From Obrimoposthia wandeli (Eukaryota), in contig CDROCS010000162.1 of the NCBI GenBank assembly GCA_977020255.1, positions 248,001 through 312,000 on the forward strand: 64,000 nucleotides of DNA. Direction: 5' to 3'. The notes below the pieces were generated by a model that made no database searches, was not told the origin of the DNA, and saw only the letters and a program-made list of their open reading frames with translations. A program made the translations under genes and the position numbers. Positions 1 to 12,100 of this stretch are shown one piece after another; the stretch's first letter is position 1, and every line of letters starts with the position of its first letter.

Positions 1-177
1 AAGCCAGTCGATCCATACAACGACTTGAGGAGGCGGATGGCCATATGAGGTGAACATGAAGCTTTGAAAGATAATGCAGCATGTTGAATATTTTTCGAAT
101 GAATTTTAAATCTGTAGATGGTTAAAAAAAGTCTAATGGGAGTGAAAGTGAAAAAGAAGCTTTAAATATTAGGTAGT

Positions 178-369
178 TGTTGCGACCCTATCCTTTCTCT
201 GTCCTTCTTTCATCACCTTGTGTTTTTATGTTAGTTTTAATATGTTGTATTTTTTATTAAGTAATTAGCAGCTTGGCTGCATAATTAAAAATTGATAGTT
301 AGAATCCATAAATCGTTATTTCTTTATCCTTCAACTATCCCTACTCTCTATTGCCTGCCAACGCTCACA
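178..369 (+). repeat. 5' LTR of Gypsy element
   Basis: Starts TGTTGCGACCCTATCC and ends CAACGCTCACA; aligns by eye with 4277-4469 with many substitutions. Confidence 0.92.
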
Positions 370-371
370 AT

Positions 372-383
372 TGGTCTCAGAAG
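372..383 (+). other. Primer-binding site, tRNA-Leu-like
   Basis: TGGTCTCAGAAG lies 2 nt after the 5' LTR; one mismatch to the TGGTGTCAGAAG tRNA-Leu PBS common in Gypsy elements. Confidence 0.7.
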
Positions 384-3300
384 AAAAGAAACAATACAAC
401 AACTGTATTCATATACACGAGTCAGGCTACAAAACCTTTTCTCAACAACCAACTATCAGAAACCAACCAGTCTCAGTTTGCAAAAATCAACTTCAGCCTG
501 CAGCAACCAGCACCACCAACATCATCATACTCGCCCACTCGAAGTAAGAATACACAACAACAGAACCATGTCTAAATTCTCTACTCTATCAGCCGGATAC
601 CGGTAAGCAGCAACAGCAGCACCAAGCTCAACAGAAACAGCCATCCATCATACAGCAACAATTATAATTTTCCGTTTGTAAATCGCATAAAACTACGAGT
701 TATGCTCCAACCCCAGACAAAAAATCTTTATCGCCGGGGCAACAACATATTCCAGTAATATTCCCCCTATCGTAATTTTTACATTATTTTTACAATCACA
801 ATCACCACATAAAATCTTAAAATGACACACAACAAAACATCAACACCAGAATTTTTCCTAGACGAAAATCACAGTCCTAATAAATGGTTGTACCTCTCTC
901 AAACCATTCATAAATATGTCAGGGACTCACGACCCGAAACACATCACACACAAAATCATTGCATCACTACCCACCGACACACTCAATGACATAGCACATG
1001 ATCTCACCGATATTCACAAACACACTTCACCTTTAAATCACATCAAACACATTTTAAACAAACAAACACTACACTATAAATAAAAATGACTTATTTGAAG
1101 ATCTATTCAACTCACCAATTACCCAACAAACAAAAACGAGTCTAAAATAGACAATTTAAAAATGATCATACATCAACAGAACAAAACTAGAACATCATTA
1201 ACAGAAAAGATCGACAAACGTACGACTTATACACAACACACCACCGACAGATACAAATCACCATCACCATATTACGTCAACAAACAACAGACCACCAACA
1301 GATACAGATCATCATCGCCATATTACGAAAATAAACAACAATACACTAATAACAGATACAGATCATCCTCACCACACAAAAACAAAAAACAACCCAATCC
1401 AGACTACTGCTATTACCACAATACATACGGCATCAAAGCCATCAAATGCGCCACACCTTGCACATAACCAAAAAATGACAAAAATCAATAGTATGCGCAC
1501 CAATTACCGTCGATTGCTTCAACATATTCACGGTGCACTCAAAAATCATCAACATCCATTTCCTCATAGACACTGGCTCTTCAGTACCTATAATCCCATA
1601 CACTATCACGCCAACATACATACAACACACCCCAACTATCGCACTCATGGCAGCGAACCACACACCAATAAAAACTTTCGGTACGAAAAACTAACAATAA
1701 CTTTATACACATCCCCTACAAATGAGATTTTATTATAGCTGACATAATACAACAAATCATCGGGTCTGAATTTTAGCCAATTTCAACATTTTCATCGACT
1801 GCAAAAACAAAACACTAATACGAAACAAAACACCAACACATAAAACTTCCACCCATACAACAAACTGGACAAAACATAACCAAAATGTAATAGGCACAAT
1901 ATACACAAAAAACAGACACGACCCAAACACTACAATCAACTATACCGCCCCAAAACAAAACCAATTCACTCACAAAATCATTACAAACAGACGACCATGC
2001 CACGCCAAAGTAAGGCAACATCCACTAGATAAGCTAGCAGCCGCAAAACAAACATTCACTGAGTTAGAAAAACAAAGCATTATTCAAACATCCAACTCAC
2101 TTGGTCATTTTTCATGATGCAACAACAAAAATACCAAACATGGATATGCTGCGGAGACTACAAAATGTTAAATGCTATGACAACACCAGACTCGTATCCA
2201 CTTCCACTCATAAAATACATCACTACACGCCTAATTCACGCAGCAATCTTTAGTAAAATTGATCTCATATCAGCCTAACACACAATTCCTATGCACACAG
2301 AGGACATCAACAAAACAGCAATCATCACACCATTCGGACTCTACGAATACATCAAAATGCCATTCGGTCTAAAAAATTCTGATGCCGCCAAAGGTTCATG
2401 GATCCCATATTCACAAACACAAACAACTTTGTAACATACATAGACGACATCCTAATAGAGAGCAACAACCACGCCGATCACATCAAAGACATACGAAAAG
2501 TAAAAGACATACTAAAAAAACACAACCTCAAGATCAACACCAAAAGATGCCTTTATCACAAATAGAGTTCCTAGGACATACCATATCACAAAACCAAATC
2601 AAACCTCTATCAAACAAGACAAACATGATAAACAACATGCTAATACCAAACACGGTCAAAAAAATCAGAAACCTCCTAGGAATGGTGAATTTTGACCAGA
2701 CACATACCAAACTGTACAGGAGCACTAGCTCCTCTACACGACCTAATCAAAAACACGCATAAACAAGCAAAGATCACACTAACTGACATCGACATAAAAC
2801 ATTTCAACACAGCCAAACAAGGACTCACATACGCTTCAAATCACGCAATATGAGCAGTTTTAAATCAAACAACAGAAACCACACCATAACCAATCGCATT
2901 CTTCTCAAAGAAACTGAAAATATATCAGACTAAATACTCAACATACGATAGAGAATTACTGGTCATATACGAGGCCATAAACCACTTCTACACATCATCA
3001 CCATGAAAACACTCTCGACACGACAAATCAGCCAGATCAACTACATCTTGCAATTCAATTGTACTTTCCAACACATATCAGGAAACACAAACATCGTAGC
3101 AGACACACTCTCACGCATACCACAAAACAACAACATCATAACGTAAAATATCTTCTCCAACGCGGACATCAGACACAAACAAGGCATATCCAAATTCATA
3201 CGAGGAAACTTACATCTTACAAAAACATCCGACATACTGTACGAAACCACTACCCCCGTTTAATTAGAGTCATACTCCCAAAACCACTACACACAACATT

Positions 3301-4276
3301 CATAAAAAACATCCATGACTTCTATAACTCCAGCATAAAAGCAACATTCGACATAATCAAACAAACTTACATATGACCATGCATGCGCAAAGAAATCAAA
3401 ACATTCGTTAGACAATGCATCAAATGCAACAACATCAAATCAAAAAAATATTAAAAAACAATCCCACTCAACGTCACAAGCAAAAACGCATTCCACGCAA
3501 TTCACATTAACCTCGTTGGACCACTACCATCAAACAACTCGTACACATACCTCCTGACAATAATATACAACAATACAAGCTGGGTTTCCGCCATACCCAT
3601 CAAAGACACATCATCCACATATATATGGAACAAAATATACAAACATTGGTTCACCACATACGGTTTCCCTTCAAAGATAATCACAGATCAGGGACGGAAA
3701 TTCATCAGCAAAACATTCAATGACTGCTGCAACAACAAAAAACATCAAACACACAACCTACAATCAAATGGCAAAATAGAACGACTGCACTGCCGATTTA
3801 AGTAAAATTTGATATTCTTCGACAGCCCAAAGAATTGGCAACACAACATTCACAACTGCATCATGGGTCTCAGAAACACTCCTCACCTAGACGACAACTA
3901 AAGCCCTGCACCTCAAATATTCAAAGCACACATACCACGCATATACAACAAACATGACACACAAACAAAACACTAATGAAACCCAAATCTATCACAACAC
4001 ACTCACAAGCATACATAAAAATACACAACAATCACTTACAAGACACAAAATACGAGGGTCCATACACCATCATCCGACACAACACCAACAATAAATCGCT
4101 CATCAACAAAAACCAAAAGCCAACACTCATCAATAACAGAAATTTGAAAATCACCCACCCAAAGAAACACAAAATCATATCACAAACACACAAACAAAAG
4201 ACAGACAAATTTACCACCGAAACACGTCCGACAAACACCACTCACTCCATAACTCCGTTATCTAATGGGGGAGTTA

Positions 4277-4469
4277 TGTTGTGACCCTATCCTTTCTGTC
4301 TCCTTCTTTCATCGCCTTGTGTTTTTATGTGAGTTTTAATGTGTTGTATTTTTATTGACTAATTTGCAGCTTAGGTGCATTATTAAAAATTGATAGTTAG
4401 AATCGTTATTTCGTTATTTCTTTATCCCTCAACTATCTCAACTCTGTATATCGCCCGGCAACGCTCAAA
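4277..4469 (+). repeat. 3' LTR of Gypsy element
   Basis: Preceded by purine tract AATGGGGGAGTTA, starts TGTTGTGACCCTATCC, followed by TSD GTAGT. Confidence 0.92.
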
Positions 4470-5544
4470 GTAGTATTTCTAAAAAAAGGTATTTATTGTT
4501 GTCGGACAACTTTACGAAAATTATAGAAACATCAAATACTCTATTAAATATTAAAAGTTCGGCCACTTAATATAAATTGAAAAATAACCAATAAATGTAA
4601 CAATATGAAGTAGTAATTATAATATTAGTAATATGTACAATTTTGTTAAACATGATATACACAAATTATTGCTTACAACTTGCAATATTATCAAGTAAAA
4701 TATTTTAACGATTTAAATCAATATATTAAATCAATATTAAATTATCAAGTTATGTCTAAAATATTTTTATTTAATACAATAAGTTTATTTCGGATGATGA
4801 CAAGTGTATGAATTTATATACATGTTCAAATTGAGTTAGATAATTTTTATTGTAAGTATTAACTTTTATATAGGGTGATTTTAATAATGAATTCAGCAGT
4901 TGAATGTCTAACAAGAAAGTTATTGGTAGATATGATATAATGTTGAGACTGTATAGAAGCATTAATATGTTAATGGAATATACAATAATGTAGAAGATCC
5001 TAAATTAATTTTTTTAGTAGAAATAGCTGAAATGAATACATTTAGACTCTTTTATAAATTCATTTAATCCATTAGCTGGATTCATATGAGCTTCAAACGA
5101 ACTCTAATACATATATTTTGTTACGCGTAAATTCATATCTTTATTCCTCCAACAGCTGTTCTGGCAACACACAAAACTAGACTTGCATCGATTGACTTGC
5201 AACACAAAATTTTGGATATTATATAGCCAAACATTCACACAAAATCACATAAATTACTTTAAAGATATATAATAATTATTTTCCTACCGGCCAATTCAAA
5301 TTTAAAAATTGAAAATATTGCTGATTTTTCAGCAAATATATCAACATACCCCACCAAAATCAGACTTAATCATAAACAAAAGCCACACCCCAAGACTGAC
5401 TTCAACAAATCGCTTTCTAAATCACGCAAAAAAAACAATAACTACCACCAGAAAACAGTCCCTCTAACACTTCAATCGACACAAACGACATTGGCTTTAC
5501 CATCTGCTTCCCTTCCACAAACACTTATACTACTAAGCTCACAA

Positions 5545-8400
5545 CGTGTTACTCCATCGGGTATTAAAAATGGTTAGGTGTCAGTGCTTCTAACTCCTTT
5601 GCATCCATATTCTTGTAGCTAATGGGACGAGAATTCAAAATTTGTTCTAATTCAATCAATATTGTGTCCAGCTCCTCGCCCGAAAGATCCTTTTGCTTAT
5701 TAACTTCATTATCGTTCGCTTCATTGATTTCATCCTTATTTCAAAATTTCACAGAAATGTGCTGCATTAGGAAGCTTGAAAATGCATCTGTTTTCGTTTC
5801 TAGTCAATTCTCTTTTTACTGTATTATGGTCAATCTTTATCTCTTTGATGTCTTTGACAGAGCCAATGAAATTAATTCCGTTTTCGGAAATAAAGGTTAC
5901 TTGTCTTTCTTGTCATCCCATAAAACATTTGAAACATATTTAAAAACGTATTTGTGGTGCATATGTATGACATTTGTAAATACACCGGTCTCATTTGCAG
6001 ATATCGCTTTTCTCTTACCATTCTTCTACTTTGTTTAGTTTAAAATGACCCTGCATAATTCTTCCCAATGCGATAAAATACTCGTAGCAGTTCCTAAAAT
6101 CTAAACTTTGGTAATGGTACCATTTGTTGTTGAATATGTTGCACCTTAAAAAACTCAAGATATACATTTGCACTCTGCGACCTTTCTAATTAGCTGCCTT
6201 GTCTTCAAGAGCCAAAACATTTTCTTTGAATTTGGCTTAATACATATTGGACACTTGCACAATGTCTTTACTTTTCATAGTAGCGTCATACAATTTATCT
6301 ACTCAACCCAAATATTTCTATAATAGTATAAAAGGTTTAATGTTTTTATGCTAAATATTATGCATGGCCTTTGCGGAAGTTTGGTTTCACTAACATATAA
6401 GCATTTAGAACCAGACTTACATTTATTTTAATTTTATTAACTCCAAAAACGTTTTAGTCTCCAAACAATTCCTACTAAAAATTATTTCAGCAGTAAACAA
6501 CACATCTACTTTGATTTCATTGTCCCCATCTCGTTCACTATATCTAGGATTTATTAATAAATTTTCGGATGTTTGTGCTAAGAATTGAGTTTTTTTCACA
6601 GTCATTTAATCTCAGCGAGTTCCCCTTTCCCTATTTCTTGTTATATCAAATCTGCAGAATTTTTCTTTGTTGGAACCATTTGATTTTGTTACCTCCTGAA
6701 TGATGCCAACTCAATTTATTACAAATGGTTTATAATATCTCCCTGGTTGCTTGATTCATCACAGCACATCTACTTTATCTGACTAGAAAGTCACATCTTT
6801 AATATTTCTACACCATTTATCTGTGAGTACCTGAGTAAAGTATTCCTAGTCCTCGATTCGTGGTGTTTTTCTATCCTTATCTCTATATAAGGATCCATCT
6901 TCATCATATCTGCGCCTATGAGCATTTTTACGACCTTTCCACTATTTGCTGACGGGGAATTAATATTTCTCAAATGTGGCCAACTCTGTTAAACTTCAAA
7001 CCTTAGAATCTTAGATTCCTAGTAACTTCTTTAATAGTTAGCACTATTATTTCTTTCAACTGACCTTTCCAGATTTTCAAACTTAAAATATACTACTTTA
7101 CATTGTATCTCTTTCAGTAATCGTCTAATTACTTCCATTAAAAAAATACGTTTAATTCTGTCTAATCTTAAATAATCTACCACACCTATATAAACGGTGG
7201 TGCTGGGATTATCCAATAAAGCAATGATTTTGATTTCATTCACAATATTCTTAACAATCACCATAATATTATGTTGAAACTGCAATTGCGTCTGGATTAG
7301 TCTGTCTTCCTAAACTGCTTCGATATTTCGTTTGTGTTTTAATGTGTAACACCCAATGGTGTCTTTTACTACAATCATCTATATAATATAATTGTTCGCA
7401 CCCACAATCTTTAGGTATTTTATAGACTAATTTTTGTCCTTTACCATTTTCTAATGGTCTTCCATGAACAATTTCCAAAACGCATTTCACTGCTAAGTGG
7501 GATGTTCTCCTGTACAATTTTGACAATACCTTCTTCCGATTTTACTTTCACTCATATAAACTTCCTATTTGTCTACCACATTGTTTTGGCTTATATTAGT
7601 ATGAACCTTAATTGATTTATCCATCCTCAAATCCGTCCGGCGTTCTATGTCATCTGCATATCTTTAATAATCTGTACTTTACTGGCTCATTTTAATAATA
7701 TTTCAATAGAATATCCATAGCTTCATCTTCGTTTTAACTCTATAAACTCCAAAATTAAAATGTATGGTAACTTTTATTAGCAACTTTTGGTATAAATAAC
7801 TCTTTTCTATGACATTTTTTCAAGTCGAGTTAAAGATATAAATTTTTTTTATAAACTCAGTAAATCTCTCAAAGTCTTTATTCTCTCTTAGTGTATTATT
7901 TAATATTTTCAACATAATCCAACACATTTTGATACTGTCTTTCTTCTCCATCACACCTCTTTTCCAGTCATTACTTTGCCACATCATACACATCTTCTGA
8001 AAATCCCACATGTTCGAAAAACTTAAGAGTTTCACGTCCCAAATACTAATGCAGCAAAAGAAGCTAGCTTATATTGTCATCCAGCGCATTTCCAATTAAA
8101 ATGTCGAATGTCGGTTATCAACATAAGTAGTTGTAGGACTATAAGTTAAATATTATTATGTTAAATTTCTTAATTTAGTTAAATTCTGTTTTTACCTCCT
8201 TTCTACTTGAACGCATATACACTCTTCGACTTTCTGTTTCTGTTTCTGTATGTTGTTCAATTTGGTGAAAATCAGTGGTAATTTTTTAAAATTTCGTTTA
8301 AATCTCTCTGTAACTCATCTTGTTTTTATTCTTCCTTCAACTCAATACCATTTGCAATACTCTGTTTAGATCTTCCTTTTTCATTGTGTAATAGTCCTAA
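5545..8400 (-). mobile_element. BEL/Pao LTR retrotransposon remnant (gag knuckle, protease, integrase; RT/RH apparently deleted)
   Basis: Minus-strand motifs: CSKRHHWVLH (~7340-7380), IIALLDNPSTTVYI (~7190-7230), KMLIGAD (~6905-6925), FWLLKTRQLIRKVAECKC (~6165-6225), QQMVPLPK...IGKNYAGSF (~6045-6135), EQILNSRPISY...EALTPNHF (~5565-5650). The upper boundary is approximate. Confidence 0.8.
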
Positions 8401-9084
8401 TAATTATCTGTCTGCCCCAAATGCTCACATTGCTAAATTACGCTTTTCATAAGATCAGTTTTTTATAATCGTTTTTCCATCATTCCTTAACTTAACTCCT
8501 CATCTTCGTTTCCCAATTTCAATTGTATTCCCAAATGGATGGTGCTTTCTATCCTAATTCTGCACTCAGTCAGTATATAATTGTTCAGTATATATTGTAA
8601 TATACAACTTTTAAACTGAGTTTCTGTTTATATCCATTATCATTAACTTTTTCTCCGATTTATTCTTTCAATTAAACCTACCTCTATTTTCCTGTTAAAC
8701 TCTCCATATTTCCTTCAATTAATATCCTACAGTTGTTTTAAAATTTGCAATTTGCCAAGGATTTTCTTTCATTGCCTCATTTCTTTTTCATAGCAACTTC
8801 TTCTTAAACACCATTAGACTATCCTTATCAAATTCGTGTCGATTCATTCTATTTTCTAATCATCTACTGACAAGAATACCAACAATCATTCACTGACTCT
8901 CATCTCTTCAAATAAAAATGTATACTATAAATTAAAAATAGTATAATTCATTTAAATTATCTTTTATTTTAACAAAATAAATATACCTCCTAAATATGAT
9001 GTACAGATAAAAGATACAGTAAATGTTTCAAAGAGAAGAATTACCGATTTTGTAGGGTTTTTTTTGTTTGATTTTAATACTCAC

Positions 9085-9117
9085 TATAATTTCCGGGTTG
9101 ATATGTGTTGGTGTTGA
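9085..9117 (-). CDS. Microexon, 33 nt, xNTNTYQPGNY
   Basis: ttatttcag|TCAACACC...AATTATA|gtgagt; paralogue at 12628-12660. Confidence 0.82.
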
Positions 9118-12100
9118 CTGAAATAAAATTTATTCGATTATAAAGCATCTCCAAATTTGTCTAATAATGTTTGAACATATTTCATAAAATCGCTTGGATA
9201 TCAAGGTAAAATAAAACATTTTTAGCATTTGGATTTAAAAATATTATTCTAGAAAAAAAAAGGTTTAAAGAAATTACACTTTAAAACAGTTTCAAATTAT
9301 TAGTTATTTGACTCACATGTATTTGCTGTTTGATGTGACATGCGGTCATCTGAAATAAATTCAATAAGTTTCATAAAAAATATATGGACAATTTATTTAA
9401 AAAGCCACTTTCTTGAGCGAATTAAATATAATTAACATTTTAGCACTGATTTACAAACTATAAGATAAAATAATTTAAATAAATGTGAAATACAATTTTC
9501 TTTTCGATCAATTCATAATTTTCGGTATTTATAACAATGTTTGGAATGCGTTCTCTGATGTGGTGAAGAATTTTCTTGGGAACGGTAAAACTGACAACTA
9601 TCAAGATAGATTTCTTGATATATTTTGTTATCTGGATACTTAATTCTTACATGCCAATGTGTATGTCACAACGTTAAATGTTGTGACTGTGTATGTTTAA
9701 TTCTCGTATTGAGCCTAAAAGTTCTGTTTTTTGTCAAAATGCAAGATCTTATATCTGAAAAACCTGATGCGATAGACAAAAATCTACACCAGATTTGAAT
9801 TCTGCTCACTAACTTTCGCTAAAATCAATTGGAATACATTGTGCCAGAAAAATGTCCTAACCTGTACTATTAATGGTGATTATGGAATATCGAAATATGT
9901 GAAATGACTATTGAAACATCACTATTTAGCAATTATGGCCTTTGGTAGACTGGATAGCACATAGCATATTTTTGGATAGAAAGGTCAATTTACTTATCGT
10001 ACTTGGTGCATTCATTGACTGTTGAATTGTGCCAGGTCCTGAAATTATTTTTATAATTTTACACTATCAAAAGATATTCAATCATATAGTTACAAATGTT
10101 TTGCATTCCTAGGTGACAAGGATATAGGTGAATTTCATTAATATTTCATTAGCATTCTTCGGAGGTATGACAATTAAATCGGAAAAAAAATTATTCAAAA
10201 TAAAGAATATTATTGCAGAGTTCAAGTTCCTCTTTTATCTGATAAATCCTTACTCTATAGTTTGAAGAAAACTTTCATTTCTTTCACGTGAATATCTTCT
10301 TGTTGTCTCTTTCTTATCTTACTCAAAAAGTGTCTTTATTTAGTGAGTGAATATATCATATTTTATATGTCTCCTCTTGTGCGGTTAGTTTCTCTTTTGT
10401 TTCATACTGAGCACAGACTATTTCATTCATTCATGACAAGCCATCGAAATTACCATGGTCAATATCTTTACTATGTTCTAACTTAATATTAAATTCTGAT
10501 AAATTTGCCAGCCATGTTTGAAATTGAAGACTGATTGGGTTTTTCCATCGTTCTTAAAAACATCGATGCTTTATGAACTGTTCTTGCCAAAAATTCTTTT
10601 CCATATAATATTGTTTGAAATGCATAATAAATTCGTATACTGCTGAAAATCATTTTCTGGTAACATAGTAGCCTTTTTCATGAGAAGTCAAATGTCTTGA
10701 AACATATGCAATCACTTTTTCGTTTCTAATTTCATCCAGTTAGCTCAATACTGCCCCAATTGCACCAAAGATTGTGTCTGTATCAATTCGAAATTTTCTA
10801 TTTCGCCTGAAAAAGTTTAATATTGGAACTGTTGTTAATTTTTCTTTGACGAGTGCAAAACGTGTTTTATGATCCGTTTACCATCTTTCATAATAGTTTG
10901 TCTTTCCTATGAAGGATCTTAGTTTCCAGCCACAATATGGTTCTTTGAAATTTATAATTTCATTGACTTTCGACCGATTTGTATGTATTCCGCTTTCTGT
11001 TATGGTATGACCTAGGAATTTTAACTGTTTCTGACCAATGAAGTATTTATTAGGTTTTATTTTGAGGCCTACAGCCGAAATTCTTTTGAATAATTCCCTT
11101 AATAATTTATAATATTCTTCTTGATTGTTACTATAAACAAGGATTTCATCCAGATAAACAATTGTTTCTTTGAATGACAAACCATCCAATATTTTATATA
11201 TCACATTATGGGATGTTGGAGGTACTGTAGGCAACCCAAATGGCAATTGATTCCCAGTTTTTATACTGAAAGCAGTTTTAGTTTGAGAAATATGGTGATT
11301 ATGGAATATCGTAATATGTGAAATGACTCCATTGAAACATCACTATTTAGCAATTATGGCCTTTGGTAGACTGGATAGCACATAGCATATTTTTGGATAG
11401 AAAGGTCAATTTACTTGTCGTACTCATTGACTGTTGAATGGTGCCAGGTCCTGAAATTATTTTTAATAAATAATTTTTTATAATTTAACACTATCAAAAG
11501 ATATTCAATTAAACGACATTTACAAATAATAATGCGAAACTATGCACTATTGGGGTTTCGTGGAATAGTTTTGTTAAGTTCATATCGGCGTTAGAAACAA
11601 TAAAATATTATTTTGATTTTAACCAAAGCCAGTCGATCCATACAGCGACTGGAGTAGGCGGATGGCCATATGAGGTGAACATGGAGCTGTGTAAGATAAT
11701 GCATCATGATGAATTTTTTTCGAATGAGTTTTAAATCTGTAGATAATTAAAAATGGTTAATGCCATAGTTAAAGTGAAAGGGGAAAATAAGCATTGAATA
11801 TTGGGCAGTTTTCTTTCAATATTTATTGTTGTCGGACAACCTTACGAAAATTATAGAAACATCAAATACTCTACTAAATAATAAAAGTTCGGCCACATAT
11901 TATTAAATGCAAAATAACCAATAAATGTAACAATACGAAGTAGTAATTATAATATTAGCAATATGTACAATTTTGATAAACGTGATATGCACAAATTATT
12001 TCTTAAAACTTGCAATATTATCAATTAAAATGTTTTAACGTTTTAAATCAATATATTAAATCAATATTAAATTATCAAGTAATGCCTAAATGTTTATTAT

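Larger units (their letters stand above)
178..4469 (+). mobile_element. Full-length but decayed Ty3/Gypsy LTR retrotransposon (CsRn1/Kabuki-like gag knuckle)
   Basis: LTRs at 178-369 and 4277-4469, TG...CA (3' copy ends AA). TSD GTAGT at 173-177 and 4470-4474. PBS at 372-383 and PPT at ~4264-4276. Gag C-x2-H knuckle YCYYHNTYGIKAIKCATPC preceded by ~2.5 RYRSxSP repeats (1243-1375). Protease FLIDTGS (~1560). RT ITPFGLYEYIKMPFGL and YIDD (~2320-2456). RNase H YSTYDRELL and ADTLSR (~2930-3115). Integrase GFPSKIITDQGRKF (~3660-3710). Many stops and frameshifts. Confidence 0.93.

Noticed and set aside
292-4284. ORF-track entries inside the Gypsy element as independent genes
   Set aside because: They are broken gag/pol pieces or off-frame and antisense ORFs favoured by the A/C skew.
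5622-6038. 138-aa plus-strand ORF
   Set aside because: It is antisense to the BEL/Pao integrase motifs and has no recognisable features of its own.
8400-8830. Possible RTE-LINE 3' fragment (ILIEGNME resembles LLxGKxEG)
   Set aside because: Single weak motif in heavily broken sequence; not enough to call.
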